Shown here one piece after another: positions 1 to 9,814 of a stretch of DNA of 64,000 bases (positions within the stretch are counted from its first letter, which is position 1; every line of letters starts with the position of its first letter). The notes under the pieces were generated by a model. The model did no database searches and was not told where the DNA came from. It saw nothing but the letters and a program-made list of their open reading frames with translations. Source of the DNA: a virus. The stretch is from positions 62,809-126,808 of the IMG/VR virus record IMGVR_UViG_3300023174_000074; one strand, written 5' to 3'. The position numbers and the translations under genes are program-made.

Positions 1-411
1 TATGCTAACCCAATTCATCCTGGACACATCGAGTGTCTTAAATTATCTAAAGAAATAGCGGATGAGGTATGGGTTATAGTGAACAACGATAAACAAGCTG
101 AATTAAAACGTGGTGTCCCATCATTCCAAGATGAACAATATAGGAAGGAAATAGTGGGAGCAATACGGTATGTGGATTATTCCTTTGTATCAACTGATGA
201 GGATGAGTCAGTATGTAAATCAATACGGGCACTACATAGTGCTATTTTAAATATTGACCATGATGCTGAGATTGTCTTTACAAAAGGTGGAGACAGGTTC
301 GCTGATGAAATACCTGAGAAAAAAGTATGTGACGAACTGAGTATCCAAATCATTGATAAGTTAGGAGAAAAAACACACCACTCGAGTCAAATTATAAAAG
401 TATTCAATTAA
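1..411 (+). CDS. Cytidylyltransferase-like (HxGH) nucleotidyltransferase, 5'-truncated by window edge
   Basis: Frame 1 open from base 1: YANPIHPGHIECLKLSK...VIVNNDKQAELKRG...FTKGGDR; HxGH motif. Confidence 0.8.
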   Translation, partial: YANPIHPGHIECLKLSKEIADEVWVIVNNDKQAELKRGVPSFQDEQYRKEIVGAIRYVDYSFVSTDEDESVCKSIRALHSAILNIDHDAEIVFTKGGDRFADEIPEKKVCDELSIQIIDKLGEKTHHSSQIIKVFN

Positions 412-453
412 CGAAAAAAACCCAACAGTAAATAAAATTGTGGCATTAAAACT

Positions 454-687
454 ATGAAAATAATAAATACAAAATTTAAAATAGGAGACAAAGCATATAA
501 GCCGAAAGGATATAAATTTCCTTGTACCATCGTCTCTGTATTTAAAACTTCTGGTGGCGATATTAGGGTTGTTGCAGAAATGGAAGGATATGGGTTGTTA
601 CATATATTCAACGAAAATCAACTAGAAATTAAAGACAGCTATGAACAAATTGAAGAAGATCTCAGAATCCCAGGAGCCGGTTGTTAA
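454..687 (+). CDS. Hypothetical protein
   Basis: 77 aa ORF co-oriented in operon. Confidence 0.6.
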   Translation: MKIINTKFKIGDKAYKPKGYKFPCTIVSVFKTSGGDIRVVAEMEGYGLLHIFNENQLEIKDSYEQIEEDLRIPGAGC

Positions 688-716
688 CAAAAATATCTAA
701 ACACAAAAAGTTATAA

Positions 717-1079
717 ATGATAGAAGAAAGGCCATGGGGATTTTACGAGATCCTACTTGAAACCGAATACACCAAGGTAAAACAGATAACGGTAAACCCC
801 GGGCAGAAACTGTCGTATCAATACCACTCAAAAAGAAAAGAGTTCTGGACGATAGTTAAGGGAACAGCAACGATAATTTTGGACGATGAAAATATTCTTG
901 TTTTTCAAGGAGAATCTATCGATATCCCTTTGCGGGCTAAGCACAGAATCATAAACGAAACAGCCCAACCAATAATTTTTATAGAGGTTCAAACAGGAAG
1001 TTATTTTGGAGAGGATGATATAATCAGAATCGATGATGAATACGGAAGAGAAATAAATATATCAAATTTATCTAGATAA
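717..1079 (+). CDS. Mannose-6-phosphate isomerase type II C-terminal-like cupin
   Basis: ERPWG, LSYQYHSKRKEFW, HRIIN, IEVQTGSYFGEDDIIR motifs. Confidence 0.85.
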   Translation: MIEERPWGFYEILLETEYTKVKQITVNPGQKLSYQYHSKRKEFWTIVKGTATIILDDENILVFQGESIDIPLRAKHRIINETAQPIIFIEVQTGSYFGEDDIIRIDDEYGREINISNLSR

Positions 1080-1080
1080 C

Positions 1081-1566
1081 ATGGAAAATAATGTAAATCA
1101 AAATAAAACGGAAATGGATATTTTAACCTTTCACCCAATTAAAAAGTCGGATCTTGGATTTCATGGAAATCTTTTTGGTGGGCAACTATTAAAATGGATT
1201 GATGCAGCTGCGGCTGGATATTCTATGCAATTATGTGATACCCCAAGAATGGTCACTATACTTATCGATAAGTGCTATTTCGAAAAACCTGCTAAGGAGG
1301 GACAATTGGTTAAGATCTATGGAATACCTACTGATATAGGCCACACATCAATAACATTATACATTGAGGCAAGAGCACATAATGTTTACACAGGTAAGCA
1401 GGTAGTAGTACTTAAGACTCATATAAAATTTGTTCATATAGACGAGGAGGGAAATCCAATACCTATTGGGGAGAAGGGTAGAAACTCCGTCGGTAGAATG
1501 ATAGAGGCAAACAAAGAATTTATAGAAAACATAAAACAAAATAAACCATCAAGAACCACAAAATAG
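1081..1566 (+). CDS. Acyl-CoA thioesterase (hotdog fold)
   Basis: DLGFHGNLFGGQLLKWIDAAA, GHTSITL, FVHIDEEGNPIP. Confidence 0.85.
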   Translation: MENNVNQNKTEMDILTFHPIKKSDLGFHGNLFGGQLLKWIDAAAAGYSMQLCDTPRMVTILIDKCYFEKPAKEGQLVKIYGIPTDIGHTSITLYIEARAHNVYTGKQVVVLKTHIKFVHIDEEGNPIPIGEKGRNSVGRMIEANKEFIENIKQNKPSRTTK

Positions 1567-1573
1567 TAATAGC

Positions 1574-1936
1574 ATGAACAAAGAACAAAAAGCACAATCA
1601 ATAATAGGTCCGCTGGGAGCTATTATCTCTCATTCAAAAAGTGGGTACAGAGAAAGACATCCTGAAAATTTATCAATCTTTAATGCAAACATTTGCACTA
1701 AGAATGAAAAGATCTGGTGGGGAGATTTGGACGTAACGCTAAAGCAAACTTTCATAGCTGATTTAGCATTTATTTTAAGTGAGGATCTTTATGTTCTCTA
1801 TGAGATGGACGGAAGATTTGAAAATGAGGATAAACCTAAAGTAGATAGATATGCAGTTAAATTCTTTTATGATGGCGGTATTGAGCTATCTAAATCTTTA
1901 ACCGAGTACTATGACAATAGCCTAATGAAAAAGTAA
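1574..1936 (+). CDS. Hypothetical protein
   Basis: 120 aa ORF, TAATG-coupled to next gene. Confidence 0.6.
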   Translation: MNKEQKAQSIIGPLGAIISHSKSGYRERHPENLSIFNANICTKNEKIWWGDLDVTLKQTFIADLAFILSEDLYVLYEMDGRFENEDKPKVDRYAVKFFYDGGIELSKSLTEYYDNSLMKK

Positions 1937-2637
1937 TGAAAGCAGAAAAAGTAAAAGCCCTATTTATATCAGATGTCCATTTGGGCAGCAAGGGATCGAA
2001 TTCAGGAAAACTTTTAGAAACACTAAAAATGTACGATCCGGAGGAACTCTTTATAGTTGGGGATTTTATTGATGGATGGCTTCTTAAGAAAAGACATTAT
2101 TGGACACAGCAGAACACCAACCTTATTAGAAAAATATTATCATACAGCAAAAACGGAACTAATGTAACTTACATAACAGGAAATCATGACGAATTTCTAA
2201 GACATTATGTTCCGCTATTTCTTGGTGATAATATAAAAGTAGTTAACGAGGCTAAATTTAAAGGGTACTATATAACACACGGAGATCTTTATGATGGAGT
2301 TGTTAAGTTAAAGTGGCTAGGAATGATGGGATCTGTTGGCTACGAGATGGCAATATCTCTAGATAGATTTCTTAAAAGACTAGGTTATAAAAGGTCACTG
2401 AGTAAATATTTAAAGAATAAAGTTAAAGGAGCAATTAAATTTATAACATCTTTCGAAAAGCAATTAGTTTTTCAGGCTAAGAAAAGAGAATGCACCGGAG
2501 TTATCTGTGGACATATACACACAGTGGCTGATACCCACATTGACGGGATCCACTATCTTAATTGTGGAGACTGGATAGAAAATAATAGCTATATAGTTTA
2601 TGATAAAGGATTATTTGAGCATCGTTATTCCTTGTAA
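1936..2637 (+). CDS. LpxH-like (UDP-2,3-diacylglucosamine hydrolase family) metallophosphoesterase
   Basis: ISDVHLG, VGDFIDGW, GNHDE, HGD, GHIH, NCGDW motifs. Confidence 0.85.
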   Translation: MKAEKVKALFISDVHLGSKGSNSGKLLETLKMYDPEELFIVGDFIDGWLLKKRHYWTQQNTNLIRKILSYSKNGTNVTYITGNHDEFLRHYVPLFLGDNIKVVNEAKFKGYYITHGDLYDGVVKLKWLGMMGSVGYEMAISLDRFLKRLGYKRSLSKYLKNKVKGAIKFITSFEKQLVFQAKKRECTGVICGHIHTVADTHIDGIHYLNCGDWIENNSYIVYDKGLFEHRYSL

Positions 2638-3325
2638 AAACGAGGAAAATTACATTAAAAGAACCCTTGATGAGATATCTATTCAATCAGGGACAAAAGG
2701 AATGAGAGTTATTATTGCCGATGGTGGATCCACTGATTCTACGATTCAAAAAATAGAAGAATTCATAAAATCCGAAGACAACAACCTGAAAATAGAGGTT
2801 ATAGAAGGAGGAGCAGTTTCAGTGGGGAGAAATAGAGGGGCTGGCCTAGTTAAAACCCCATTTATATTATTCTTGGATGCTGATATAACATTTACCGATT
2901 TGGCAGCAATAGACATTTCTTCTAATGAACTTAAAGAAAATCCGCATCTTGAACTTATCGGGACAACCCCAGAATATATGGGTGAAGCTGATCTGGCAGC
3001 AAGTCTAATATTTTCATTCAATAGATTAACCACTAGAATAATGTCAATGATAGATCCATTTGCAATCGGTGCATTTATGCTAATATCAAGGGAAAAATTT
3101 GTAGAGCTGGGAGGATTTGATGAGATGGTACATCAGTCTGAGGATTGGTTGCTAAGCAGACAAATAAAAACCAATAACTTTAAACTCATACCAAATCTGA
3201 TAACCCAGGATAACCGAAGATTTAAGAAATTCGGATATATCAAGATGCTTAGGATGGTCATGAAAAATTGGTTTAATAGAGGCGACAAGAAACACTTCTA
3301 CAAGGATCAGAAATACTGGGAATAA
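2600..3325 (+). CDS. Glycosyltransferase family 2
   Basis: SIVIPCKNEE, IIADGGSTD, GRNRGA, FLDAD, GGFDE, ED motifs. Confidence 0.9.
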   Translation: MIKDYLSIVIPCKNEENYIKRTLDEISIQSGTKGMRVIIADGGSTDSTIQKIEEFIKSEDNNLKIEVIEGGAVSVGRNRGAGLVKTPFILFLDADITFTDLAAIDISSNELKENPHLELIGTTPEYMGEADLAASLIFSFNRLTTRIMSMIDPFAIGAFMLISREKFVELGGFDEMVHQSEDWLLSRQIKTNNFKLIPNLITQDNRRFKKFGYIKMLRMVMKNWFNRGDKKHFYKDQKYWE

Positions 3326-3341
3326 AATAAAAATAAAATAT

Positions 3342-3893
3342 ATGAAAATAGAAGTTTCAATCGGAGAGATAGTAGATAAGCTATCCATATTAAGTATCAA
3401 AAAAAATAATATAACTGATTCTGGTAAATTAGAAAACGTAACTAAAGAGTATGATTACCTTTATGAAATCGTATTTGACGAATTAAGGGTTTCTGAAGAT
3501 GATTTTTTAAATCTTGTTTCGATTAACGAGAAGCTATGGGTTATCGAGGATGATCTTAGAGATAAGGAAAGAGTGAATGAATTTGATCAGGATTTCATAG
3601 AGCTTGCTAGATCCGTTTATTACACAAACGATAAAAGAGCAGAGATCAAAAAAGGGATCAACATAAAATACGGTTCGCTTTTTGTGGAGGAAAAATCCTA
3701 CAAAAACTATGAGGACACCTGGAGTCAGGAGGATAGAATAAAATGGTTTGTTACAAACTACTACGAGACCGGTATGGAGATTGAGTCAATGGTGATTGCC
3801 ATGAAAGATACTGATCTGGATAATTTCCTTTGGTATGGCGAAAAAATAGACATCCCTAAGAGCTCATTAGAAGCCGCTAGAAGGACACAATAG
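3342..3893 (+). CDS. DUF6165-like protein
   Basis: VSIGEIVDKLSILSIK, LWVIEDDLR, FIELARSVYYTNDKRAEIK, EEKSY. Confidence 0.7.
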   Translation: MKIEVSIGEIVDKLSILSIKKNNITDSGKLENVTKEYDYLYEIVFDELRVSEDDFLNLVSINEKLWVIEDDLRDKERVNEFDQDFIELARSVYYTNDKRAEIKKGINIKYGSLFVEEKSYKNYEDTWSQEDRIKWFVTNYYETGMEIESMVIAMKDTDLDNFLWYGEKIDIPKSSLEAARRTQ

Positions 3894-3954
3894 AAAATCT
3901 TATGGTAGTTATGGATATAGAAAGATGTCCGCTTATATGTCAAATAATCGGCCT

Positions 3955-4170
3955 TTAATAGGTATTTCTATCGGAGAATAAAGGATCAGGAGCTATATGT
4001 TCCTGATTTTTTTTGTTTGCAAGATAAGCCATTGCAGTTTGACCTAATTGATCCTCAAAGCTTGGCATCTTATATGGCTCCTGAATGATATTAACCCCAT
4101 TGACTATATTGGGATTCATTGCTTCCAGTCTTTTCGCTATGTGATCTAAATATTCTTTACTTGGTATCAT
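3955..4170 (-). CDS. Hypothetical protein
   Basis: 71 aa ORF preceded by a TATATA late-type motif. Confidence 0.5.
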   Translation of the reverse strand: MIPSKEYLDHIAKRLEAMNPNIVNGVNIIQEPYKMPSFEDQLGQTAMAYLANKKNQEHIAPDPLFSDRNTY

Positions 4171-4217
4171 ATCTTATATATATTGTGATATATAGACTAA
4201 ATTTAAAAAAATTATAA

Positions 4218-5303
4218 ATGAAAAACCTAAAACTTTTCAATGACTTTAGCCTTAACGAGAGCGAAAACGAAATTAAATCCGGTTTAATACAAAAAATAAA
4301 TTTATCTAAATCTGGAGAAAATTACGATAAAATCAAAGAATATCAGGCTAAGTTGAATCTAGCTTTACCTGAAGACGCTCCAAAGATAGAGGTAGATGGA
4401 TTTTATGGGGTGAATACAGAAAAGGCAATTAGAAAAGTTGCTGAAACTAGCAAAGAGCTAAAGGGTACAGATGGTAAAGCTCTTACTCCAAAGATTATGA
4501 AATATCTTGATAAAAAAACTGGGGGAAAGAAAATTAATAATAATACCACAGAAAAATCTAAGGATTATTTACTTTTTAACGGTAACAAGCTTGAATTTAT
4601 AGAAAACGGTAAAGTGACTAAATCTTGGACTGCTGTATCAGGAAGAACGTATTACCACTGGTATATGAAGCCAGCCATTTGGAATAAAAGGTATACCATG
4701 TCTCACGCAGAATGGGCTAAGGCTAAGAAGGAAGGACCTACGCCTCCTGGATTATACACTTTAGGGGTAACCCAGCACAGACCTTCAGATTCAAAATGGA
4801 AAACCGATGCAAACTACGTTAAAAGTGCGGTTGCCAAATCTACGGTTTCAGATTTACCCGGGAGTCCAGTAAAGGATACTGAGGGACACGAGTTTATTCA
4901 GAATACTAAGATGTCTAAAATTGCATGGGGAGATTATAGATGGGCTTTAAAGCCTAAGGCAGGTACAGACACATTAGGTAGAAATAGTTTTTATCTACAT
5001 GGGGGAAGCACACCAGGATCAATCGGATGTATAGATCTAGTAACAAACAGCGGTGATTTTGCTAAATATTATGCTCAATGGAGAGAAAAAACTGGGGAAA
5101 AAACAATAGAGGTTAAAATAGATTATTCTACATTTAAAAAAGACGCAACAATAGACGTTGCGTCCCAACCATATACAATGTCGCCTTCAGTAAGGACAAA
5201 CCCAAATACGTGGTATACTGTAACGGATAAGGAGATTATAGATTCATTAGGAAAGGATGACATAGTAATCAAACCAGAAGTACTCAAGAAAAGAAGATCA
5301 TAA
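4218..5303 (+). CDS. Putative virion protein with peptidoglycan-binding-like region and DUF2778/Tlde1-like (L,D-transpeptidase fold) domain
   Basis: VDGFYGVNTEKAI; AVSG, GPTPPGLY, GRNSFYLHGG, GSIGCI; N-terminal MKNLKLFNDFSLNE. Confidence 0.65.
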   Translation: MKNLKLFNDFSLNESENEIKSGLIQKINLSKSGENYDKIKEYQAKLNLALPEDAPKIEVDGFYGVNTEKAIRKVAETSKELKGTDGKALTPKIMKYLDKKTGGKKINNNTTEKSKDYLLFNGNKLEFIENGKVTKSWTAVSGRTYYHWYMKPAIWNKRYTMSHAEWAKAKKEGPTPPGLYTLGVTQHRPSDSKWKTDANYVKSAVAKSTVSDLPGSPVKDTEGHEFIQNTKMSKIAWGDYRWALKPKAGTDTLGRNSFYLHGGSTPGSIGCIDLVTNSGDFAKYYAQWREKTGEKTIEVKIDYSTFKKDATIDVASQPYTMSPSVRTNPNTWYTVTDKEIIDSLGKDDIVIKPEVLKKRRS

Positions 5304-5313
5304 TTAAATAATT

Positions 5314-5343
5314 AAAAGTCAGAAGCAACTTCTGACTTTTTTT
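5314..5343 (+). terminator. Intrinsic terminator
   Basis: AAAAGTCAGAAG-CAA-CTTCTGACTTTTTTT hairpin plus U tract. Confidence 0.8.
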
Positions 5344-5349
5344 GTGGTA

Positions 5350-5381
5350 TTTTTTATTCCCGAGAATTTGATTTATATTTG
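5350..5381 (+). promoter_or_regulatory. Putative early/middle promoter, T-tract-CG-N11-TAnnTTTG
   Basis: TTTTTATTCCCG-AGAATTTGATT-TATATTTG; same spacing at about 11 other sites. Confidence 0.65.
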
Positions 5382-5400
5382 TAAATAAATAATCAGATCA

Positions 5401-5988
5401 ATGAAAAAGATATTTAACGTTCTAATAGTTCTGCTATTAGTTACCTCCTGCATAAATGCACAAACAAAGAAGGGGGTTAACATTAAGCCTAAAGTTGATA
5501 ATATACAAAAGTACAAAGACAGCATTATAGCTTTGGCTAAACTTGGATACTCTAAGTATTATAAAGATCTGTCCACCAAAAGGGTTATTATAGTCGATTT
5601 TACTAGACCAATGGAAACTGAAAGGCTTTTCGTAGTAGATCTAGATTCGAATAAAATAATCAAATCTGCAAAGGTTTGCCACGGCAAAGGATCTGGGATG
5701 CTTTCTATACCAACTCAATTCTCTAATCAAATTGATTCGAAAAAATCTTCTCTTGGATATATGAGAACATCAGAAACATATAATGGATCTTATGGCTATT
5801 CAATGAGAGTCGATGGATTAGAAAAAAGAAATAGCAACGTCAGAAAAAGAGCAATCATATTCCACAATAGCGAGGTTCAGTCAACACCATGGAGCTGGGG
5901 ATGTTTCTCTATGTCAGAAAAAGATTGTAAAGAGGTGATAGATCTAACTAAAAAGGGAAGTTTGATTTATGCCTTTTCTAATCTATAG
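5401..5988 (+). CDS. Murein L,D-transpeptidase family (YkuD_2-like) with signal peptide
   Basis: IVDFTRP, RLFVVDL, VCHGKGSG, FSN, SSLG, RAIIFH, SWGCF. Confidence 0.8.
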   Translation: MKKIFNVLIVLLLVTSCINAQTKKGVNIKPKVDNIQKYKDSIIALAKLGYSKYYKDLSTKRVIIVDFTRPMETERLFVVDLDSNKIIKSAKVCHGKGSGMLSIPTQFSNQIDSKKSSLGYMRTSETYNGSYGYSMRVDGLEKRNSNVRKRAIIFHNSEVQSTPWSWGCFSMSEKDCKEVIDLTKKGSLIYAFSNL

Positions 5989-6021
5989 GAAACAAAACAA
6001 AGAATAATTTCTATATACATC

Positions 6022-6399
6022 ATGGAATATAAAGAATTTTCTGAAATCATAGATCGTCTAAAAGAATATGATTCTTCAGTACAGAAAGCACATAATGTTG
6101 GTGTAGATCTTTATGACTTTGGAGATGGATTACATCATGTAATAAGCATATTGATTAAAGAAGTATACGGGGAGGAAGGAGCTGATTGGTTTAGCTGGTT
6201 CTGCTACGAATCTGAATATGGTGAGAAAGATTGGAATAAGGGAAACCTAGACACATATGAAATCATTGACGGTAAGATGGTCAAGGTAAAGAAATCAAAG
6301 AAAAAGAAATATGGTGCAGCAGACAAAGATGGAAAGCCTATTTGTTATTCCGTTAAATCTACCTGGGAATATCTAGAGAAAAACTATAAATCTAAATAA
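6022..6399 (+). CDS. Hypothetical protein
   Basis: 125 aa ORF. Confidence 0.6.
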   Translation: MEYKEFSEIIDRLKEYDSSVQKAHNVGVDLYDFGDGLHHVISILIKEVYGEEGADWFSWFCYESEYGEKDWNKGNLDTYEIIDGKMVKVKKSKKKKYGAADKDGKPICYSVKSTWEYLEKNYKSK

Positions 6400-6593
6400 T
6401 ATGAGTGGAGACGTAGAAATGGACGCATGTGATTTCTGTAAAGAAATCAAACCAGTAGAAAGAACTTATCTGAGACCTAGCAAGTATGTTAAATCCGATG
6501 ACATGACAGTAAACCAACACCTGTATAATGAGGGTGGTTATTTTATTATCATCAAAACTTGTTTCTGTTGCGGAACACCTAAGACATCCTAAT

Positions 6594-6935
6594 ATGAGCG
6601 GGGGAGCATTTGATTACAACCAGTACAAGATCGGCTACATGGCGGATCAGATAGAGCACGAGATAGAAAGAAGCGGACGGCCAAAAACTCAGGAAGAGCT
6701 TAAAGATAGTTGGAGAGATCCTAGCTGGTACGAGAAGTATCCAGAAGATCTAAATCACCATAAATACCCAGAAGAAGTCTTGGCAGAATTTAAGAATGCT
6801 GTTAAGAATCTTAGGGTGGCAGAGATCTATGCACAGAGAGTAGATTGGTTGCTTAGTGGAGACGACGGAGAAGATACTTTTATCGAAAGACTTAAATCAG
6901 ATTTAGCAAAGATAGAAACCACTAACAATGAATAA
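6594..6935 (+). CDS. Hypothetical phage protein
   Basis: Likely start MSGGAFDY at 6594; RVDWLLSGDDGE. Confidence 0.6.
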   Translation: MSGGAFDYNQYKIGYMADQIEHEIERSGRPKTQEELKDSWRDPSWYEKYPEDLNHHKYPEEVLAEFKNAVKNLRVAEIYAQRVDWLLSGDDGEDTFIERLKSDLAKIETTNNE

Positions 6936-7168
6936 TAAACAAAATGAAGAACAGGTATTTCTAAGAGAACCTTCAAAAGAAAGAACTGCACTCTATGAAT
7001 TAATGAGGATGAGATATCCAAATGGAAGCAAAGAAAAGCAACTAGAATTTTCTTTGGAGATATCGGACGAAAGAATATCAGATTACGCTGATATGTTTAC
7101 TGTAAACAAATAATAAAATGAAAATAATATTTTTAGATGGCGATGATATATAAAATAAATATCTTATT

Positions 7169-7966
7169 ATGAATATATGTCAGCGATGCGGAAATAACCA
7201 TGATGGCTCATACGGCTCAGGAAAATACTGCAGTAAAAAATGTGCATTTACAAAAAATGAAAATCAATTAGCCGCGTACAGAAAACCTAAGTCACTCGAA
7301 ACCCGTATAAAAATGAGCAAACCAAAGTCTGACACTTCTAAGATGGGTAAGCGTGATAAATCGGGAGATAAAAATCCAAATTCACGGGTAATAAATGGGA
7401 AATTAAAAGATAGAAATAATTCAGCTTATCAAAACATATGCGCATCAAATAAACGTAATGGTTTAGGCTGGATAGAAGAAAATTGCAAAGCTCACTCAGA
7501 AAAAATGAAAGGTGAAAGTAATTGGATGAAAGGTAAAAAACATTCACAGGAAAGTATTGACAAAATGAAACTTGCAATACAGGAAAAATATAATTCCGGA
7601 GAATTTAACTCATTTACCAGATCAATATCAAAAGCTGAACGCGAAATTATAAAGTACCTAACTAATAATGAAATTAATATCATTAGTCAGTATATAATAA
7701 AAGGAAGTCCATTAAGGTATGATTTATACTTGCCTAATAAAAATTTGATAATTGAATATTATGGTGACTATTGGCACGGTAATCCTAAAATTTATAAAAA
7801 AGATTCCCTATTAGGTAGGGGAACTAATAGATATACTGCTGGAGACAAATGGATGGCTGATAAAGAAAAAGAAAATTTTGCTATTAATGCAGGCTATGAC
7901 ATATTAATCATATGGGAGTCTGACTTTAATTCAAATAAACATAACATTTTAAATACATTATTATGA
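7169..7966 (+). CDS. Free-standing homing endonuclease (NUMOD3-like repeats plus Vsr/DUF559-like PD-(D/E)xK domain)
   Basis: Zn-finger N-terminus, WMKGKKHSQESIDKMK, YDLYLPNKNLIIEYYGDYWHGNP, IIWESD. Confidence 0.75.
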   Translation: MNICQRCGNNHDGSYGSGKYCSKKCAFTKNENQLAAYRKPKSLETRIKMSKPKSDTSKMGKRDKSGDKNPNSRVINGKLKDRNNSAYQNICASNKRNGLGWIEENCKAHSEKMKGESNWMKGKKHSQESIDKMKLAIQEKYNSGEFNSFTRSISKAEREIIKYLTNNEINIISQYIIKGSPLRYDLYLPNKNLIIEYYGDYWHGNPKIYKKDSLLGRGTNRYTAGDKWMADKEKENFAINAGYDILIIWESDFNSNKHNILNTLL

Positions 7967-8529
7967 AAATTTTGTTCCTGGATAATGACGGAGTAATCTG
8001 TCTCTCAAATAATTGGGGAGGAAGAAGCAAAAAATGGTCTAGATATCGAAGTGAAAATCCAGAGTCTAGCAAGGAGTTAAAAGATGCTCCGGTTACTGTG
8101 AGATTCGATGACTTTGATAAAAAAGCGATATCAGTTCTCAATGAGGTTCTGGAAGAAACCGGTACGGAAATAGTTGTCTCTTCCGACTGGAAGTTGCACG
8201 GTAATCTAGAAGAACTTGGAGAGTATTACGAATCCCAAGGTATTTTAAAGAAACCTATAGCAACAACACCGAATCTCTATGACTTCGACGAGCAATCGGC
8301 TGGACTCTATCATTGGAAGGGTTGGAAAGAAAAAGAGAGAATATTAGAAATAGAAAAATACCTTGAGCTACATCCGGAGATTACTCATTGGGTTGCTATC
8401 GACGATCTAAACATGTCGCCTGAATATAACCAGGGGCATGGTCTAAAAAACTTTGTATTAACACCTAGGTCAAATGAAGGGATTAAACAATCGGGGATAA
8501 AAGATAAACTTTTAAGTTATCTGATATAA
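7963..8529 (+). CDS. HAD-superfamily protein (Swiss-army-knife RNA repair-like HAD)
   Basis: ILFLDNDGVI, IVVSSDW, WVAIDD. Confidence 0.75.
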   Translation: MKILFLDNDGVICLSNNWGGRSKKWSRYRSENPESSKELKDAPVTVRFDDFDKKAISVLNEVLEETGTEIVVSSDWKLHGNLEELGEYYESQGILKKPIATTPNLYDFDEQSAGLYHWKGWKEKERILEIEKYLELHPEITHWVAIDDLNMSPEYNQGHGLKNFVLTPRSNEGIKQSGIKDKLLSYLI

Positions 8530-8548
8530 TAAATTGGATATATAATCC

Positions 8549-9331
8549 ATGGAAAATCGAATACACAATTTCGAATCATTTATAAGTTTAAACGAGTCTA
8601 AAAGTGATGGAACAAGCATCATCATAGGTGATTCATGTACACCAAACATATTTAGGAGGTCTAAAACCCTTACTATGTTAGGAACTAATGGTTCTGAAGA
8701 AAGTTTATGGAAAAGTGGAATGGGGGTTAAATGGTTAAAATCAGCCGTTTCTAAGCATCCAGTTGAAACTAAAGTTAAAGATGTTGTAATAAACATCGGA
8801 ACGAATGGTGCATTTGGGCCTAATGATGATATTAAAGGACTTATGGTGGAATTAAAAAGGGTTTTTCCGCAGGCAAAATTTTCTGTTATTCAGGGATCAT
8901 GGGGATGGGGAAATAATGTATCGGTAACTGCGGATAAGGTAAAGACATATTATGGCAGATTTAAAGCTGAAGGTGTTACAGTTATCGAACCTCCTATTGG
9001 AAAAGTGGCAGATCCACACACAAATTTACCAGTATATGATACCATAGCAAAGGAGATTGATGGCTTGGTAACAAACCAATCAGGTTATATTGTTCCAACA
9101 GATCTAAGAAAAGGAAACCCTGCAACAAGTCAAATCATTTCTAGAACTGGTGATTCTTATACATATAAAGTTGAAGGCGATCATTGGTTAGCTAAAAAAG
9201 ATAGCCAATCAAGATGGTATGAAATAACGGGAGCAGATTTTAAACCTACATATCAAGTTTCAATTGACACATTAGATAAAGAAAATCCTAATATGAGATC
9301 TAACAATGCACCAAAAAAGGTACAGAAATAA
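8549..9331 (+). CDS. Putative virion protein with SGNH-hydrolase-like domain
   Basis: IIGDS, VINIGTNG, DPH; N-terminal IHNFESFISLNES; GATATATA upstream. Confidence 0.55.
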   Translation: MENRIHNFESFISLNESKSDGTSIIIGDSCTPNIFRRSKTLTMLGTNGSEESLWKSGMGVKWLKSAVSKHPVETKVKDVVINIGTNGAFGPNDDIKGLMVELKRVFPQAKFSVIQGSWGWGNNVSVTADKVKTYYGRFKAEGVTVIEPPIGKVADPHTNLPVYDTIAKEIDGLVTNQSGYIVPTDLRKGNPATSQIISRTGDSYTYKVEGDHWLAKKDSQSRWYEITGADFKPTYQVSIDTLDKENPNMRSNNAPKKVQK

Positions 9332-9344
9332 TAAATAATATAAA

Positions 9345-9460
9345 ATGAAAAAATTACAAGTAATTGATTTTTGGGCACCTTGGTGTCAGCCATGCAAAGC
9401 GATGGAACCAACAATCGAGTCATTGATGACAACATTAAATCGGGAAGCCAGTGTTTCATT
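9345..9460 (+). pseudogene. Truncated thioredoxin
   Basis: IDFWAPWCQPCKAM present, but the fold stops after about 37 aa and runs into the convergent gene 9472-9801. Confidence 0.6.
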
Positions 9461-9471
9461 TTTAGTTTCCA

Positions 9472-9801
9472 TTATTTATTGTCTTTTTTGTTTGAATTAC
9501 CATTGGTTTCAATACCTTCCTTTGTTCCGAAGTAATAAGAGAAAATCATAAGCACCAATGTTTTAATCAAATCGAATAACTGAGTGTTTTGTTCGTCACT
9601 GAGTAACTTAACCTGCCAAGCTATTACCTTATCAACAATGAACAACGCAACCAACGAGGTGAATACTAGTAAGATAAATCGAACCAATATTTCCTGTGTA
9701 TGTGTTGCAAACATTTTATTAACGTAATAGACTGACCCGCCTATTACACACAAACCCAATAGGATTCCAATTATCATTACAATTCCGCCTTCTGAAAACA
9801 T
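9472..9801 (-). CDS. Three-TM membrane protein, holin candidate
   Basis: Three hydrophobic segments, ends IFSYYFG; directly downstream of endolysin. Confidence 0.55.
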   Translation of the reverse strand: MFSEGGIVMIIGILLGLCVIGGSVYYVNKMFATHTQEILVRFILLVFTSLVALFIVDKVIAWQVKLLSDEQNTQLFDLIKTLVLMIFSYYFGTKEGIETNGNSNKKDNK

Positions 9802-9814
9802 ATTTAAGTTGTAA

